In this document: piece after piece, positions 18,931 through 27,918 of the stretch
Numbering within the stretch: position 1 is the first letter of the stretch
Layout: the number at the start of each line of letters is the position of its first letter
Source of the DNA: Chloroflexota bacterium
GTDB taxonomy: Bacteria > Chloroflexota > UBA11872 > VXNJ01
Direction: 5' to 3'
Assembly (NCBI GenBank): GCA_965261345.1
Contig: OZ253449.1
Location: forward strand, 576,001 to 640,000
DNA: 64,000 nucleotides
Notes under the pieces: model-generated
What the model saw: only the letters and a program-made list of their open reading frames with translations
Database searches by the model: none
Told to the model about the DNA's origin: nothing
Program-made: the position numbers and the translations under genes

Positions 18931-19878
18931 ATGCACGTAACCGGTATCACCGGAGCGGCCCCGCGGACGACCTGGCGGCGGCGAATCGGCCTTACATACC
19001 GGGGTGGAGCGACCTCCTATCTGTTCGTACTCCCGTCGATCATCTTCATCTCGATCTTCGTCATCGTTCCGATCATCGGCGCGCTCTACTACAGCTTCAA
19101 CGACTACGACCTGCTCACCGCCCCTGAATGGACAGGTTTTGACAACTACGCCAAGATTGGCAGGGAACCGCGCTTCCTGCCGGCGGTTCGCAATACGGTC
19201 TTGTTCGCGTTCGGGACGGTACCGGCCGGGGTGATCACCTCGTTGCTGCTGGCGATGCTGGTCAACCGGGCGGTCCGCGGGATCTATTTTTTCCGGGCCA
19301 TGTTCTACATGCCGGTCGTCTCTTCGTTGGTGACCGTGGCGCTGATCTGGCTCTGGATGTACGAGCCGCAGTTCGGACTGGCCAACGAAATGTTCCGCGC
19401 GTTCGGGCTCCCACCTTCCAAATGGCTGGCCGGTCCCGAAACCGCCCTGCTGGCCATCATCCTGATGAGCATCTGGAAGAACATGGGCCTGAACATGGTC
19501 ATCTACCTGGCCGGCTTGCAGGGAATCCCCCCACAAATCTACGAGGCCTCCGAGATTGACGGGGCGGGCCGCGTAGCCCAGGTAATGCGGATCACCCTAC
19601 CGCTGCTGGCGCCCACCACCTTTTTCGTCGTGATCGTGTACTTTATCGGCGCCCTGCAGATGTTCGTGCAGGTCCTGATCATGGCCTGCCCGCACGCCCA
19701 GATCATGTGCGGCGGCCCGCTCGATTCCACCGTGACTATCGTCATGCTTATTTATCTGGAGGCATTTTCCCACCTGCAGATGGGATTTGCGGCGGCGCTG
19801 TCATTTATCCTGTTTGTGATGATCGGCCTGGTAACGATCGTAAATGCCAAGCTGCTCAGCTATGAAATCGGCTACTGA
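18931..19878 (+). CDS. Carbohydrate ABC transporter permease (MalF/UgpA type), copy 3
   Basis: Same motifs; EAA variant LQGIPPQIYEASEIDGA; AAGGA RBS before ATG 18931. Confidence 0.93.
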   Translation: MHVTGITGAAPRTTWRRRIGLTYRGGATSYLFVLPSIIFISIFVIVPIIGALYYSFNDYDLLTAPEWTGFDNYAKIGREPRFLPAVRNTVLFAFGTVPAGVITSLLLAMLVNRAVRGIYFFRAMFYMPVVSSLVTVALIWLWMYEPQFGLANEMFRAFGLPPSKWLAGPETALLAIILMSIWKNMGLNMVIYLAGLQGIPPQIYEASEIDGAGRVAQVMRITLPLLAPTTFFVVIVYFIGALQMFVQVLIMACPHAQIMCGGPLDSTVTIVMLIYLEAFSHLQMGFAAALSFILFVMIGLVTIVNAKLLSYEIGY

Positions 19879-19965
19879 TCCGGTTCTGGGTTAGGGCCCC
19901 AGGGCCATCGTGCTCAACGAGCACCGGGCCAACCAACGGTCAATCCACAGGGTGACTGCTAGGGG

Positions 19966-21477
19966 TTAGTGCACGCCGTAGGCATACCGCGATCGCGGCG
20001 ATCCCGGGTGCGCCTGCCGGACGATTTGCTCTAACAACAGGTCGCGCAGCTTGGTTCGCTGCTGGATGTGCGCGCCATTCGCCGCCAGATTGACCTGCTC
20101 GCCGGGGTCATCGACAAGATTGAACATCTGCTCGTCGCCGCCTGGGTACCAGGTGTAGCGCCAGCGTTCGGTTACCACGGTACGCGCCCAGCGGTCGATT
20201 GAGTTGGAATCGATGTTGTTGTAGCTCTCAGCGTACGCGCACGACCGCCAATCTGGCATCTTCTGCCCGCGGCAGAGCGGCAGCAGTGACCTGCCCGGCA
20301 GCGCTGGAAACGGCAGCGCCAGGCGGAGCGAAAGCGGGGCCGGCACCGGCAGGCCCGCCATCTCAAATACGGTCGGGAAAATGTCCTCCAGTTGGACAAA
20401 TTCGTCGCGCCGCTGCCCGCCGCCCAGTCCTGGCCCGGCAATGATCAGCGGCACCCTGATGCAGGCGTCATAATGCATCTCGCCCTTCGAGATCAACCCG
20501 TGTTCGCCCAGCATTTCACCGTGGTCGGAGATAAAGACCCAGTAAGTGCTGTCGGCCCGTCCACGGCTGGCCACGGCGGCCCAGATTCGACCAAGCTGTT
20601 CGTCGAGGTGTATTAGATCGGCAAAGTAGTGGGTCCGGTCGGCCAGCCAGTCGCGCCCGGCGGCCATTTCGGCCAGGGTCGCCAGACAGCGCGGAGCGCC
20701 GGGGTCGTCGCGCCACTCGACCGGCAATGGCGCTGGAATGGCATCCTGATTCACCCTCCCAACATACCCGCGCGGCGGGGCGAACGGCCCGTGCGGTTGG
20801 ACATACGAGATGTGGGCATAGAGCGGGCGGCGGCGGTCGGCGGCGGTTATGAAATCTTCGGCCCTGCGGCTGATCCACTCGGTCTGGGAGAGTTCGGCCG
20901 GAAAGGGCAGTTCGTAGGTTCCGGGCTGGGATTCGATGTCGGCCATCCGCGCGGCAAGATCGACCGCGGCTGGTCCGTAACTTGCAAATTCAGCGATCTG
21001 GCGCGCCCAAACGGTGGAGAGCACCGCGTCGGCATGATCGGGGTGCTGGGACAGAATCCAGTCCAACCAGGGGCCTCCGCGAGCGTCCTCGGTGTTATGG
21101 CAAACATCAAAGCCGTATTCGCGGTAGTCGGGGAATAGCGATTCAAAGTGCGGGTGGAAGTGGACCTTGCCCAGCGCGCCGGTCTGGTATCCGGTCTGCT
21201 GCAGGGCCCGCATGAAAGTTGGAAGTTCAGGGTCGAGCACGTAGCCATTTTGAAGAACCCCGTGCTGGGAGGTGGTCAGGCCGGTTGCCAGGGTGGCGCG
21301 AGCCGGGCAGCAGAGCGGATTGGACGAAATCGCCCGCCCAAAACTCGTCCCCGAACCGGCCAATGCCGCCAGATTGGGTAAGCAGACGATATCGCCCGCC
21401 AAGCCGCGCTCGAGCCAGCAAGCAGAGAGCTGGTCGACCATGAAGAAAATAATGTCAGGTTGCTCAGCGTTTTTCAA
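19966..21477 (-). CDS. Sulfatase (Cys-type)
   Basis: PDIIFFMVDQ, CCPARATLATG, GKVH, QPHGPF, SDHGE. Confidence 0.9.
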   Translation of the reverse strand: MKNAEQPDIIFFMVDQLSACWLERGLAGDIVCLPNLAALAGSGTSFGRAISSNPLCCPARATLATGLTTSQHGVLQNGYVLDPELPTFMRALQQTGYQTGALGKVHFHPHFESLFPDYREYGFDVCHNTEDARGGPWLDWILSQHPDHADAVLSTVWARQIAEFASYGPAAVDLAARMADIESQPGTYELPFPAELSQTEWISRRAEDFITAADRRRPLYAHISYVQPHGPFAPPRGYVGRVNQDAIPAPLPVEWRDDPGAPRCLATLAEMAAGRDWLADRTHYFADLIHLDEQLGRIWAAVASRGRADSTYWVFISDHGEMLGEHGLISKGEMHYDACIRVPLIIAGPGLGGGQRRDEFVQLEDIFPTVFEMAGLPVPAPLSLRLALPFPALPGRSLLPLCRGQKMPDWRSCAYAESYNNIDSNSIDRWARTVVTERWRYTWYPGGDEQMFNLVDDPGEQVNLAANGAHIQQRTKLRDLLLEQIVRQAHPGSPRSRYAYGVH

Positions 21478-21608
21478 TTACCCAAATTCCCGGTGATCTA
21501 AGTACCACCGATCCACGATTGGTGGTCGAACTTATTTTGGCCGCGAATTTTTTCCCGGACGTGTCCCACGGTGTGGTGTAACTAAGCCGTCCTCTACGTT
21601 TAGGGGTT

Positions 21609-21642
21609 CGGCAGCTGCAACTCTGCAGAGTTGCAGCTGCCG
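21609..21642. repeat. Perfect 34-bp palindrome inside the IS 3' non-coding region
   Basis: cggcagctgcaactctg|cagagttgcagctgccg is exactly self-complementary. Confidence 0.95.
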
Positions 21643-21953
21643 GCAGGGCCGGCAGATGGTTGCTGGGGCTTGCTGGGGGAGTTTCGAGTCCTTGGCTGTG
21701 ACGGCGACTGCCGGTAAGGCGTCCATCATTTTGCCAGTTGCGACCATGGCGCGGTCGCGGTCATATGGGCTTCCATGGGTCCGAAGGCCGGCCCCGGCCC
21801 GTAACGGCTCGCATTCGGGCTCACCGGGCCGGGTTTGTTGGGAAAGTCGGCCCAATTCGACGCTAGTGATCCTTATTTAGGCCCAGCTAGCGCCAAGCCG
21901 GGCGCACGACCTTCCATTTCCCTGGAGGGCGCTACGGCCCCCGGCGGCGGTTG

Positions 21954-23187
21954 CTACCCCGCCGGCAATGCCAGCGGGGACTGCCTCTCTCCCGGAGATG
22001 GGGGTTGGCCGATTAAGGCCATCGAGTGCCTGGACATATAGCGGCGCTCGGATGCGAGCCATTCGTCGTTCTGCTCAATTAGGACCGCTCCGATAAGGCG
22101 CAGGACCGAGTCATCGTCAGGGAAGAGCTGCACTACCCGGGTGCGGCGCTTTAGCTCGCCCATAACGCGCTCTAGGGGATTGGTGGACCAGATCTTGCGC
22201 CAGTGCGAAGGCGGGAAGGCGGTGTAGGCAGTCAGGGCGATCTCGGAGTCCTCGAGGATCGTGGACAGTTCCGGATACTTGCGCTCTAAGCGATCGGCGA
22301 AATCTCCGAAGGCGTCCATGGCGCTCTGCTTGTCAGCCTGCCCAAACACCGACGCCAGTCCGGCTGCCACCAGCCCGCGGTCGCCGCTTCTGACCCTTGG
22401 CAGAAGATTGCGCCCAAAGTGTGTCCTGCACGTCTGCCAGGCGGCCTCGGGAATAAGCTTTGTCACCGCGTTGCCGATGGCTTGGTTCCCATCGGAGATC
22501 ACCAGCCGCACGCCGGATAGACCGCGCGTTACCAGGGAGGCGATCAAGTCCTCCCAGAAGCCCTGCGCTTCGCTGTGGCCGATTGCAAGCCCCAGCAGCT
22601 CGCGATGGCCGTTCTCGTTTATGGCCATTGCTATGCCCACCGCCCGCGACCTTACCGCATGCGCGTTTCGGGCTTTTACGTAGGTGGCGTCGAGATAGAG
22701 GTACGGGAAGGTCGTATGCGCGAGATCGCGTTCGCGGAAGGCATTGACCAGCTCGTCGATGCCTTTGCAGATCCTTGACACCTCGGACCTGGAGATCCCG
22801 GCGTTTACTCCCATCGCCTCCACCAGCTTGTCGACCTTGCGGGTGGAGACGCCCTTGCTGTAGGCGGTCATGATGACGCCGTAGAGGGCCTGGTCGATGC
22901 GGCGCCGCCGCTCCAAGAACTCGGGGTAGTAGCTGCCTTGGCGCAGCTTGGGCAGGGCAATCTCGATGTCGCCCGCCCGGGTGGAGAGGGTGCGCTTGCG
23001 CGAGCCATCAAAGCCGATTGCGACGCTCGCCGTTGCGCTCGTGCGGTTTGGCGCCGATGTTTTCGGCCAGGCCGGCGTCAATAAGTTCCTGGTAGGCGTG
23101 CCGTACGGCGCTGCGGACGAATTCGCTGCTGTCAAACCCTTGCTTGGCGATAAGGGCAAGCAAGGTCTGATAATCAAGTTGGGCCAT
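21954..23187 (-). pseudogene. IS256 (Mutator-like DDE) transposase with +1 frame break at CTT-TGA (23013-23008)
   Basis: ATG 23187 with GAGGA RBS gives MAQLDY...YQELI...IGAKPHER..RRNRL*. The +1 frame continues DGSRKRTLSTRAGDIEIALPKLR..., GVSTRKV, YLDAT, ISDG, CRTH, STNPLER. Joined product about 410 aa. Confidence 0.88.
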
Positions 23188-23366
23188 CGATGGTTCCTCG
23201 ACGAAGTAAGTGAATTGACTCCGTAGAGGTTTACACGATGGCCCTTTGTCATCGCGTTGGCTTAGTTGATCAAGCGGGTGCTCTTACACCACTCCAGGGG
23301 ACGTGATCTTTTTCCCAGGCCGCTAATGGTCTACTAGCGGCAAGTACAAAGCGATGGAATGTGAAC

Positions 23367-24122
23367 ATGCAGATTGCCGGATGCACCTGGGGCTTGTCAT
23401 GCAGCCAGGTCGAGGCCGCCGACGCATTCGGGGCCGCAGGTCTAGATTCAATTGACGTTGACCCTGGATTTGGCCGGCAATCTGGCTGGCAAACAAAGCG
23501 GCCGGTCAGCTGCCTGGCCGCCGGCCACCTGCTTCCCGGCAACTTCCGGCCCGACGATGAAGACTTAGCCGATCGCGTCCGGGCCTGCGACCACATCGTT
23601 GCCGCCTTTTCCGAAGCGGCCCGGCTTGGAGCCGAGGTCGTCTATGTGGGTGCGCCCAATGCCGGCGACGGTCCGATGCAGCGATTCGCCGACGTGGTCG
23701 CCGGGCTGGCGGGTAAGGCCAGCGAATTCGGGCTTGTTTTTGCGGTAGAACCCTCGCCGCCGCGCGGGTTGCGAACGATTGCCGAGTCGGTCCAATTCAT
23801 CGAGACCACCGGACTGAAGAATTTTCATGTGCTGCTCGACTTTGCCCATTGCCTGCTGGTAAAGGAGGACCCGGTCGCGGCGATCGATCTCTGCGGGAGC
23901 CGCCTGGCGTATGTTCATTTCAATGACACCGACGGAGTAAACGACAACCATCTTGGACTTACCGACGGCATCTTTGACCGCGGACTCGTCACTGAGATCA
24001 TCGCCGAGTTAAGGCGCGTCAACTACCGGCGTCCGCTGGCGATCGAGAGCAGCCCGACGCTGCCCGACCCATTTGGCAGCGCCCTTACCACGCTACGGGT
24101 GCTGCGCGAATGCGGCGCCTAG
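23367..24122 (+). CDS. Sugar phosphate isomerase/epimerase (xylose isomerase-like TIM barrel)
   Basis: Metal-ligand motifs AVEP, LLDFAH, YVHFND, AIES. Confidence 0.85.
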   Translation: MQIAGCTWGLSCSQVEAADAFGAAGLDSIDVDPGFGRQSGWQTKRPVSCLAAGHLLPGNFRPDDEDLADRVRACDHIVAAFSEAARLGAEVVYVGAPNAGDGPMQRFADVVAGLAGKASEFGLVFAVEPSPPRGLRTIAESVQFIETTGLKNFHVLLDFAHCLLVKEDPVAAIDLCGSRLAYVHFNDTDGVNDNHLGLTDGIFDRGLVTEIIAELRRVNYRRPLAIESSPTLPDPFGSALTTLRVLRECGA

Positions 24123-24138
24123 ACCGCCAACCGGCTAC

Positions 24139-25218
24139 CTAACCCAGATCGGCCAGTTGCGGGAGTACCTCGGTGGCCAGCAACTCGACCGAACGGCGCC
24201 ATTCCGGTTGCGGGCGCCATTCGTGCACCATCATTAGCAGCACCCCGAACCCGCCGACCTGCTCATAGAGCGTACGCAACTTCGCCGCCACCTCGTCCGG
24301 ATCGCCGACGATCCAGATGTTGTCGGCCATGTATTCCAGGGTGACGTCGCTGTCGGCCATTTCCGGATTCGTCTTGACCAGGTCGAAATAACCGACTTTG
24401 GGCAGCAGTTTGAAGAAATAGTCCTTAAAGTCACGCCCCAGGGTTCCTTCGATCGCCCCGCGCCGGGCTTCCTGTGAGGTATCGGCCACGAAGATGTTGC
24501 GGGAGATCCGCCAATCTGAGCGATCGGCCGACCTGCCCGCGGCGACGGCGCCGTCTTCAACCGCCTCCCAGTGGGTAACCAGGTGGTGGGTCGGGACAAC
24601 GTTTATGCTCATCGGTATCCATCCGCGCAACCCGGCCACCCGCAGCGTTCCCGAGCGCTCGGAAACGCCGGCCAACCCGATCGGTGGGTGCGGTAGCTGG
24701 TAGGGCCGCACATGCACCGAAAGCCCTATGTCGGCCTGCGGCTCGGGAACCTTGAATTTGAACTGGTCCGAGCCGTAGGAACCGGGTTCGGCAGCTCCCC
24801 AAAGCGCCAGGATCGCCTCTAAGTTTTCGCGCATAATCCTGGGCGCCGCACCCGGCTCATCGTAGCCAAAAACCTCAAAGTCGCCCGGAAATCCGCCGGA
24901 CCCAATTCCCCACATAAACCTCCCCTTGGCCATGTGGTCGAGCTGGGCGATCCGGTGGGCGAGCATGAAGGGGTTGTGATTGGGGAGGCAGGATACGCCG
25001 GTTCCGAGCTTCATGCTCTTGGTCATCGCCAAGGCCTGGGCGATCACCAGGTCGGGAGCCGGAATGTTCTCCCACTCCGATGTGAAATGTTCGCCTAACC
25101 AGTACTCGTCAAACCCGAGTTGGTCGCAATATACGATCGTGTCGAGGTCGTCTTCCAGAGTCTGGGTGTAGTTGTACCCCGGGGGGTGCAGCGGCATGTT
25201 GAAAGCGCCGAGCTTCAT
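24139..25218 (-). CDS. LLM-class flavin-dependent monooxygenase (luciferase-like)
   Basis: LGFDEYWLGEH, LGTGV..LP.H.P, LDHMAKGR, VGDPDEV. Confidence 0.92.
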   Translation of the reverse strand: MKLGAFNMPLHPPGYNYTQTLEDDLDTIVYCDQLGFDEYWLGEHFTSEWENIPAPDLVIAQALAMTKSMKLGTGVSCLPNHNPFMLAHRIAQLDHMAKGRFMWGIGSGGFPGDFEVFGYDEPGAAPRIMRENLEAILALWGAAEPGSYGSDQFKFKVPEPQADIGLSVHVRPYQLPHPPIGLAGVSERSGTLRVAGLRGWIPMSINVVPTHHLVTHWEAVEDGAVAAGRSADRSDWRISRNIFVADTSQEARRGAIEGTLGRDFKDYFFKLLPKVGYFDLVKTNPEMADSDVTLEYMADNIWIVGDPDEVAAKLRTLYEQVGGFGVLLMMVHEWRPQPEWRRSVELLATEVLPQLADLG

Positions 25219-25318
25219 ATATCTGTTACCGAGGCCTCAGGTCGAACCGCAAACGGCTGGCTCATGTATCCGAAATTCTAGGGGTGGCAACTTCCGGCGG
25301 GGCCTTATCGGTGGAATC

Positions 25319-26437
25319 TCAGGCAATCTTGTAACGCTTGACCGCCGCTTCGTTTAGTACAAACCCGAGGCCGGGCCGCGTTGGCGCGTCGATCATTCCG
25401 TCGGAACCGACCGTCGGCCAGTTGTGGACCAATTCGGTGCGCATCGGGTTGGGATTTTGATCCATCTCGAAACCGTACGGGGTGGCGGCTGCGCACAGCA
25501 GATTGAGGTTGCCATAGCCGGAAACCGCTCCGCCGTAGTTGTGCGGGGCAACCGCCAGGTGGCAGGACGACGCATAGGTTGAGATCCGGTGCGATTCGGT
25601 TATCCCTCCGGCCCAGGCAACGTCCGGTTGAGCGATGTCGATGCAGCCGCTGTCAATTAGGGTTTTAAAACCCGGTAGGGAGGTCTCCGTTTCATAGCCG
25701 GCGACCGGCATTGATATGTGGGCCCGCACGAACGCCGCACCGGCCGTATCCTCAGTCCAGGTCGGCTCCTCAAACCAGGCAATGTCCTGGTCTTCGACCG
25801 CTCGGGCAAAGCGAATCGCCTGGTGCGGGGTCATCTGATTGTTGGCGTCGATCATCAGATCAGCCTCCGGTCCGAGGCTCGCTCGGGCGACCCGCACCCG
25901 GGCCACGTCCTCGGCCAGGCTCAGCCGCCCGACCTTCATCTTGGCGGCGCGGTAGCCGCGGGATGCAATCCTTGCCATTTCAGAACCCAGTCCGGGCAGG
26001 TCCTTGCCGGGTTCGTAAAACCCACCGCTTCCGTAGGCGGTCACCCTCGGCGACCTCGAGCCCAGCAGTTTGTGGACTGGTAGCCCGGACGTTTTGCCCA
26101 GGATGTCCCAAAGCGCCAGGTCGATTCCGGCAATCGCCGACTGCATTACCCCGCGGCGACCGGATTGGATGGTCTGCTTGTACATGCGGTCATAGAGTTG
26201 GGCCACAAAGCTTGGATCGGACCCCACAACCAACGGGGCCAATCGGGTTTCCAGCAGGGCCTTGACCGCGAACGCGGTTCCGCCGAAGGTCCCAGCCTCA
26301 CCGATCCCTTCGATGCCGTCGGAGGTTCGTACCCGGACCAGGCAGCAGCCCCGGGATGTGATCGCCACCTGGGCATCGCTGATCGGCGAATCCATATCGT
26401 GGTGGAGCAATTCCACGCAAACTTGCTCAATTACCAT
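25319..26437 (-). CDS. Mandelate racemase/muconate lactonizing enzyme family (enolase superfamily)
   Basis: G.GE, IAGIDLALWDILGK, KMKVG, IDAN, WFEEP, GYE, QPD..WAGG, PH. Confidence 0.9.
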   Translation of the reverse strand: MVIEQVCVELLHHDMDSPISDAQVAITSRGCCLVRVRTSDGIEGIGEAGTFGGTAFAVKALLETRLAPLVVGSDPSFVAQLYDRMYKQTIQSGRRGVMQSAIAGIDLALWDILGKTSGLPVHKLLGSRSPRVTAYGSGGFYEPGKDLPGLGSEMARIASRGYRAAKMKVGRLSLAEDVARVRVARASLGPEADLMIDANNQMTPHQAIRFARAVEDQDIAWFEEPTWTEDTAGAAFVRAHISMPVAGYETETSLPGFKTLIDSGCIDIAQPDVAWAGGITESHRISTYASSCHLAVAPHNYGGAVSGYGNLNLLCAAATPYGFEMDQNPNPMRTELVHNWPTVGSDGMIDAPTRPGLGFVLNEAAVKRYKIA

Positions 26438-26801
26438 GGCGTCCTCCAGCCCTGTCGGTGGGGCGGGCAAGCTGAAAATTGATCGATTCAATTCGCATGG
26501 AACTATCCTCGCGGCGCAGCCGGGCTAGCACCGCCGCTTCGTTCATGGCCGTAAATTGCAGGACAGTGGTGTTGGGTACCAGAACCAGGGCCTGCCCACC
26601 AATGATTGAGATCGGAATGCAATCAGCAGCGTAGGGTCCGCAGACCTGGGCGAGTACGCTGCCAAATCGGGCCAGCCGGTCGGCCCGCGCCAGCCCCGCG
26701 CGATAGGGCGGTTCGGCCAAAAGATCGCCTAGGACCGCCCCCAAATTGCGGGTATCGGCCAACGGGTCAAGTTCGGCTTCGTGCTCAGACGGGTCGCGCA
26801 T
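26427..26801 (-). CDS. DUF721/DciA-like protein
   Basis: Directly downstream of and overlapping recF, the usual synteny. Size and vG..yA..c.P..i..g.l.v pattern fit. Confidence 0.6.
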   Translation of the reverse strand: MRDPSEHEAELDPLADTRNLGAVLGDLLAEPPYRAGLARADRLARFGSVLAQVCGPYAADCIPISIIGGQALVLVPNTTVLQFTAMNEAAVLARLRREDSSMRIESINFQLARPTDRAGGRHGN

Positions 26802-27918
26802 TGCCGTCTGAAACCTCGTAATACTTGCAGCGGTCTGTCAGGTCGGGGGGAACTTGGGCGGGATCGGCCGAGGCCAGGAAAAGCTGGGCGTCCACCGGCA
26901 ATTGCCGACTTAGCAGCAATCGATGTTCGGGGTCAAGTTCGGAAAAAATGTCATCTAACGCCAGCACCGGAGTGGCTCCCAATTTTTCAGCTAGCCAACG
27001 CAGCAGTCCTAGTTTTATGCACAGCACGGCCAGGCGTTGTTGTCCACGAGAGCCGTAACTACTGGCCGGGTGGCCGCCAAGCCTAATCTGAAAATCGTCG
27101 CGGTGGGGGCCGGCCAAGGTGGCTCCAACCGCCAATTCGCGCTGGCGCATATGGCGAAAGGCCACGGCCAGCGCACCCGGTTCTGAGCCGCTGACCGCCG
27201 GTCGATAAATCATCGCCAGTTCCCCGGGACCGCGGGCTAGATCGGAATAGAGTTCGTGGGCATGGTTGCCAACCTGGGTTAGCCACGATTCGCGCGCGGC
27301 AATTAATTTCTCTCCGTGCGCGACCAGCAACCCATCCCAGTAATCGAGCTGTCCGACGTCAGCGCCAGGTTTGAGCGCCAATTCGCGAAGCAGGGCGTTG
27401 CGCTGGCGCCGGGCGCGTTCGTAGTCGGCCAGGTCAGCAACGTATTCGGGTTCGGCCTGGCCAATCGCCCAATTGGCAAATCGGCGCCGGGTGGCCGGCT
27501 GCCCGCTTACCAGTTCGATATCACGAGGATCGAACTGCACCAGCGGCAGCCGCCCAAGCAAATCGCGTCGGGGCCGAATCTGGCCCTCGATCCAAGCTCG
27601 CCGCGACACCCGCCCCGACCCCAGCGGGGCAATTACCATCTCCAACACGGCGGGACGCCGCTGCGGCGCCGCTATCCGCCCACGCACCCTGGCAAACCCG
27701 GCGCGCTCGGCTTGATCGTCGACCCGGATCAGCTCCAGGCCGCCGGACGGATTGATCCCACGGCCGGCCGAGAGCAACTGGATAGCCTCGAGCAGGTTCG
27801 ACTTGCCAGAACCGTTCGGTCCCACCAACAGACAGCCGCCCGCTGGTGGGGTGATTTCCAGGTGGTGGTAATTGCGAAACCCGTCCAGCTCGAGCAGTTC
27901 ACAGCCGAAAGCGCCCAC
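26785..27918 (-). CDS. recF: DNA replication/repair protein RecF
   Basis: FRNY, GPNGSGKSNLLEAI, G.P..RRRF, QRNALL, GPHRDD, SRGQQR, LDDIFSELD. Confidence 0.96.
   Translation of the reverse strand: MGAFGCELLELDGFRNYHHLEITPPAGGCLLVGPNGSGKSNLLEAIQLLSAGRGINPSGGLELIRVDDQAERAGFARVRGRIAAPQRRPAVLEMVIAPLGSGRVSRRAWIEGQIRPRRDLLGRLPLVQFDPRDIELVSGQPATRRRFANWAIGQAEPEYVADLADYERARRQRNALLRELALKPGADVGQLDYWDGLLVAHGEKLIAARESWLTQVGNHAHELYSDLARGPGELAMIYRPAVSGSEPGALAVAFRHMRQRELAVGATLAGPHRDDFQIRLGGHPASSYGSRGQQRLAVLCIKLGLLRWLAEKLGATPVLALDDIFSELDPEHRLLLSRQLPVDAQLFLASADPAQVPPDLTDRCKYYEVSDGNARPV

Larger units (their letters stand above)
21557..23308 (-). mobile_element. IS256-family insertion sequence, 1752 bp
   Basis: 25-bp imperfect IRs at 21557-21581 (ggacgtgtcccacggtgtggtgtaa) and 23284-23308 (ttacaccactccaggggacgtgatc). 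8-bp direct repeat TTTTTCCC at 21549-21556 and 23309-23316. Confidence 0.93.

Noticed and set aside
16678-19878. Diversity-generating retroelement or invertase shufflon behind the permease variation
   Set aside because: No reverse transcriptase or recombinase in the window; differences are not adenine-specific and include indels; all copies are co-oriented full genes.
21532-21880. Passenger ORFs (107 aa minus, 74 aa plus) in the IS 3' arm
   Set aside because: No recognisable motifs or RBS, and the longer one runs through the IR and out of the element.
23188-23252. ORF-track N-terminus of the transposase (MTKGHRVN...)
   Set aside because: Not IS256-like. The true N-terminus is in another frame from ATG 23187 with an RBS.
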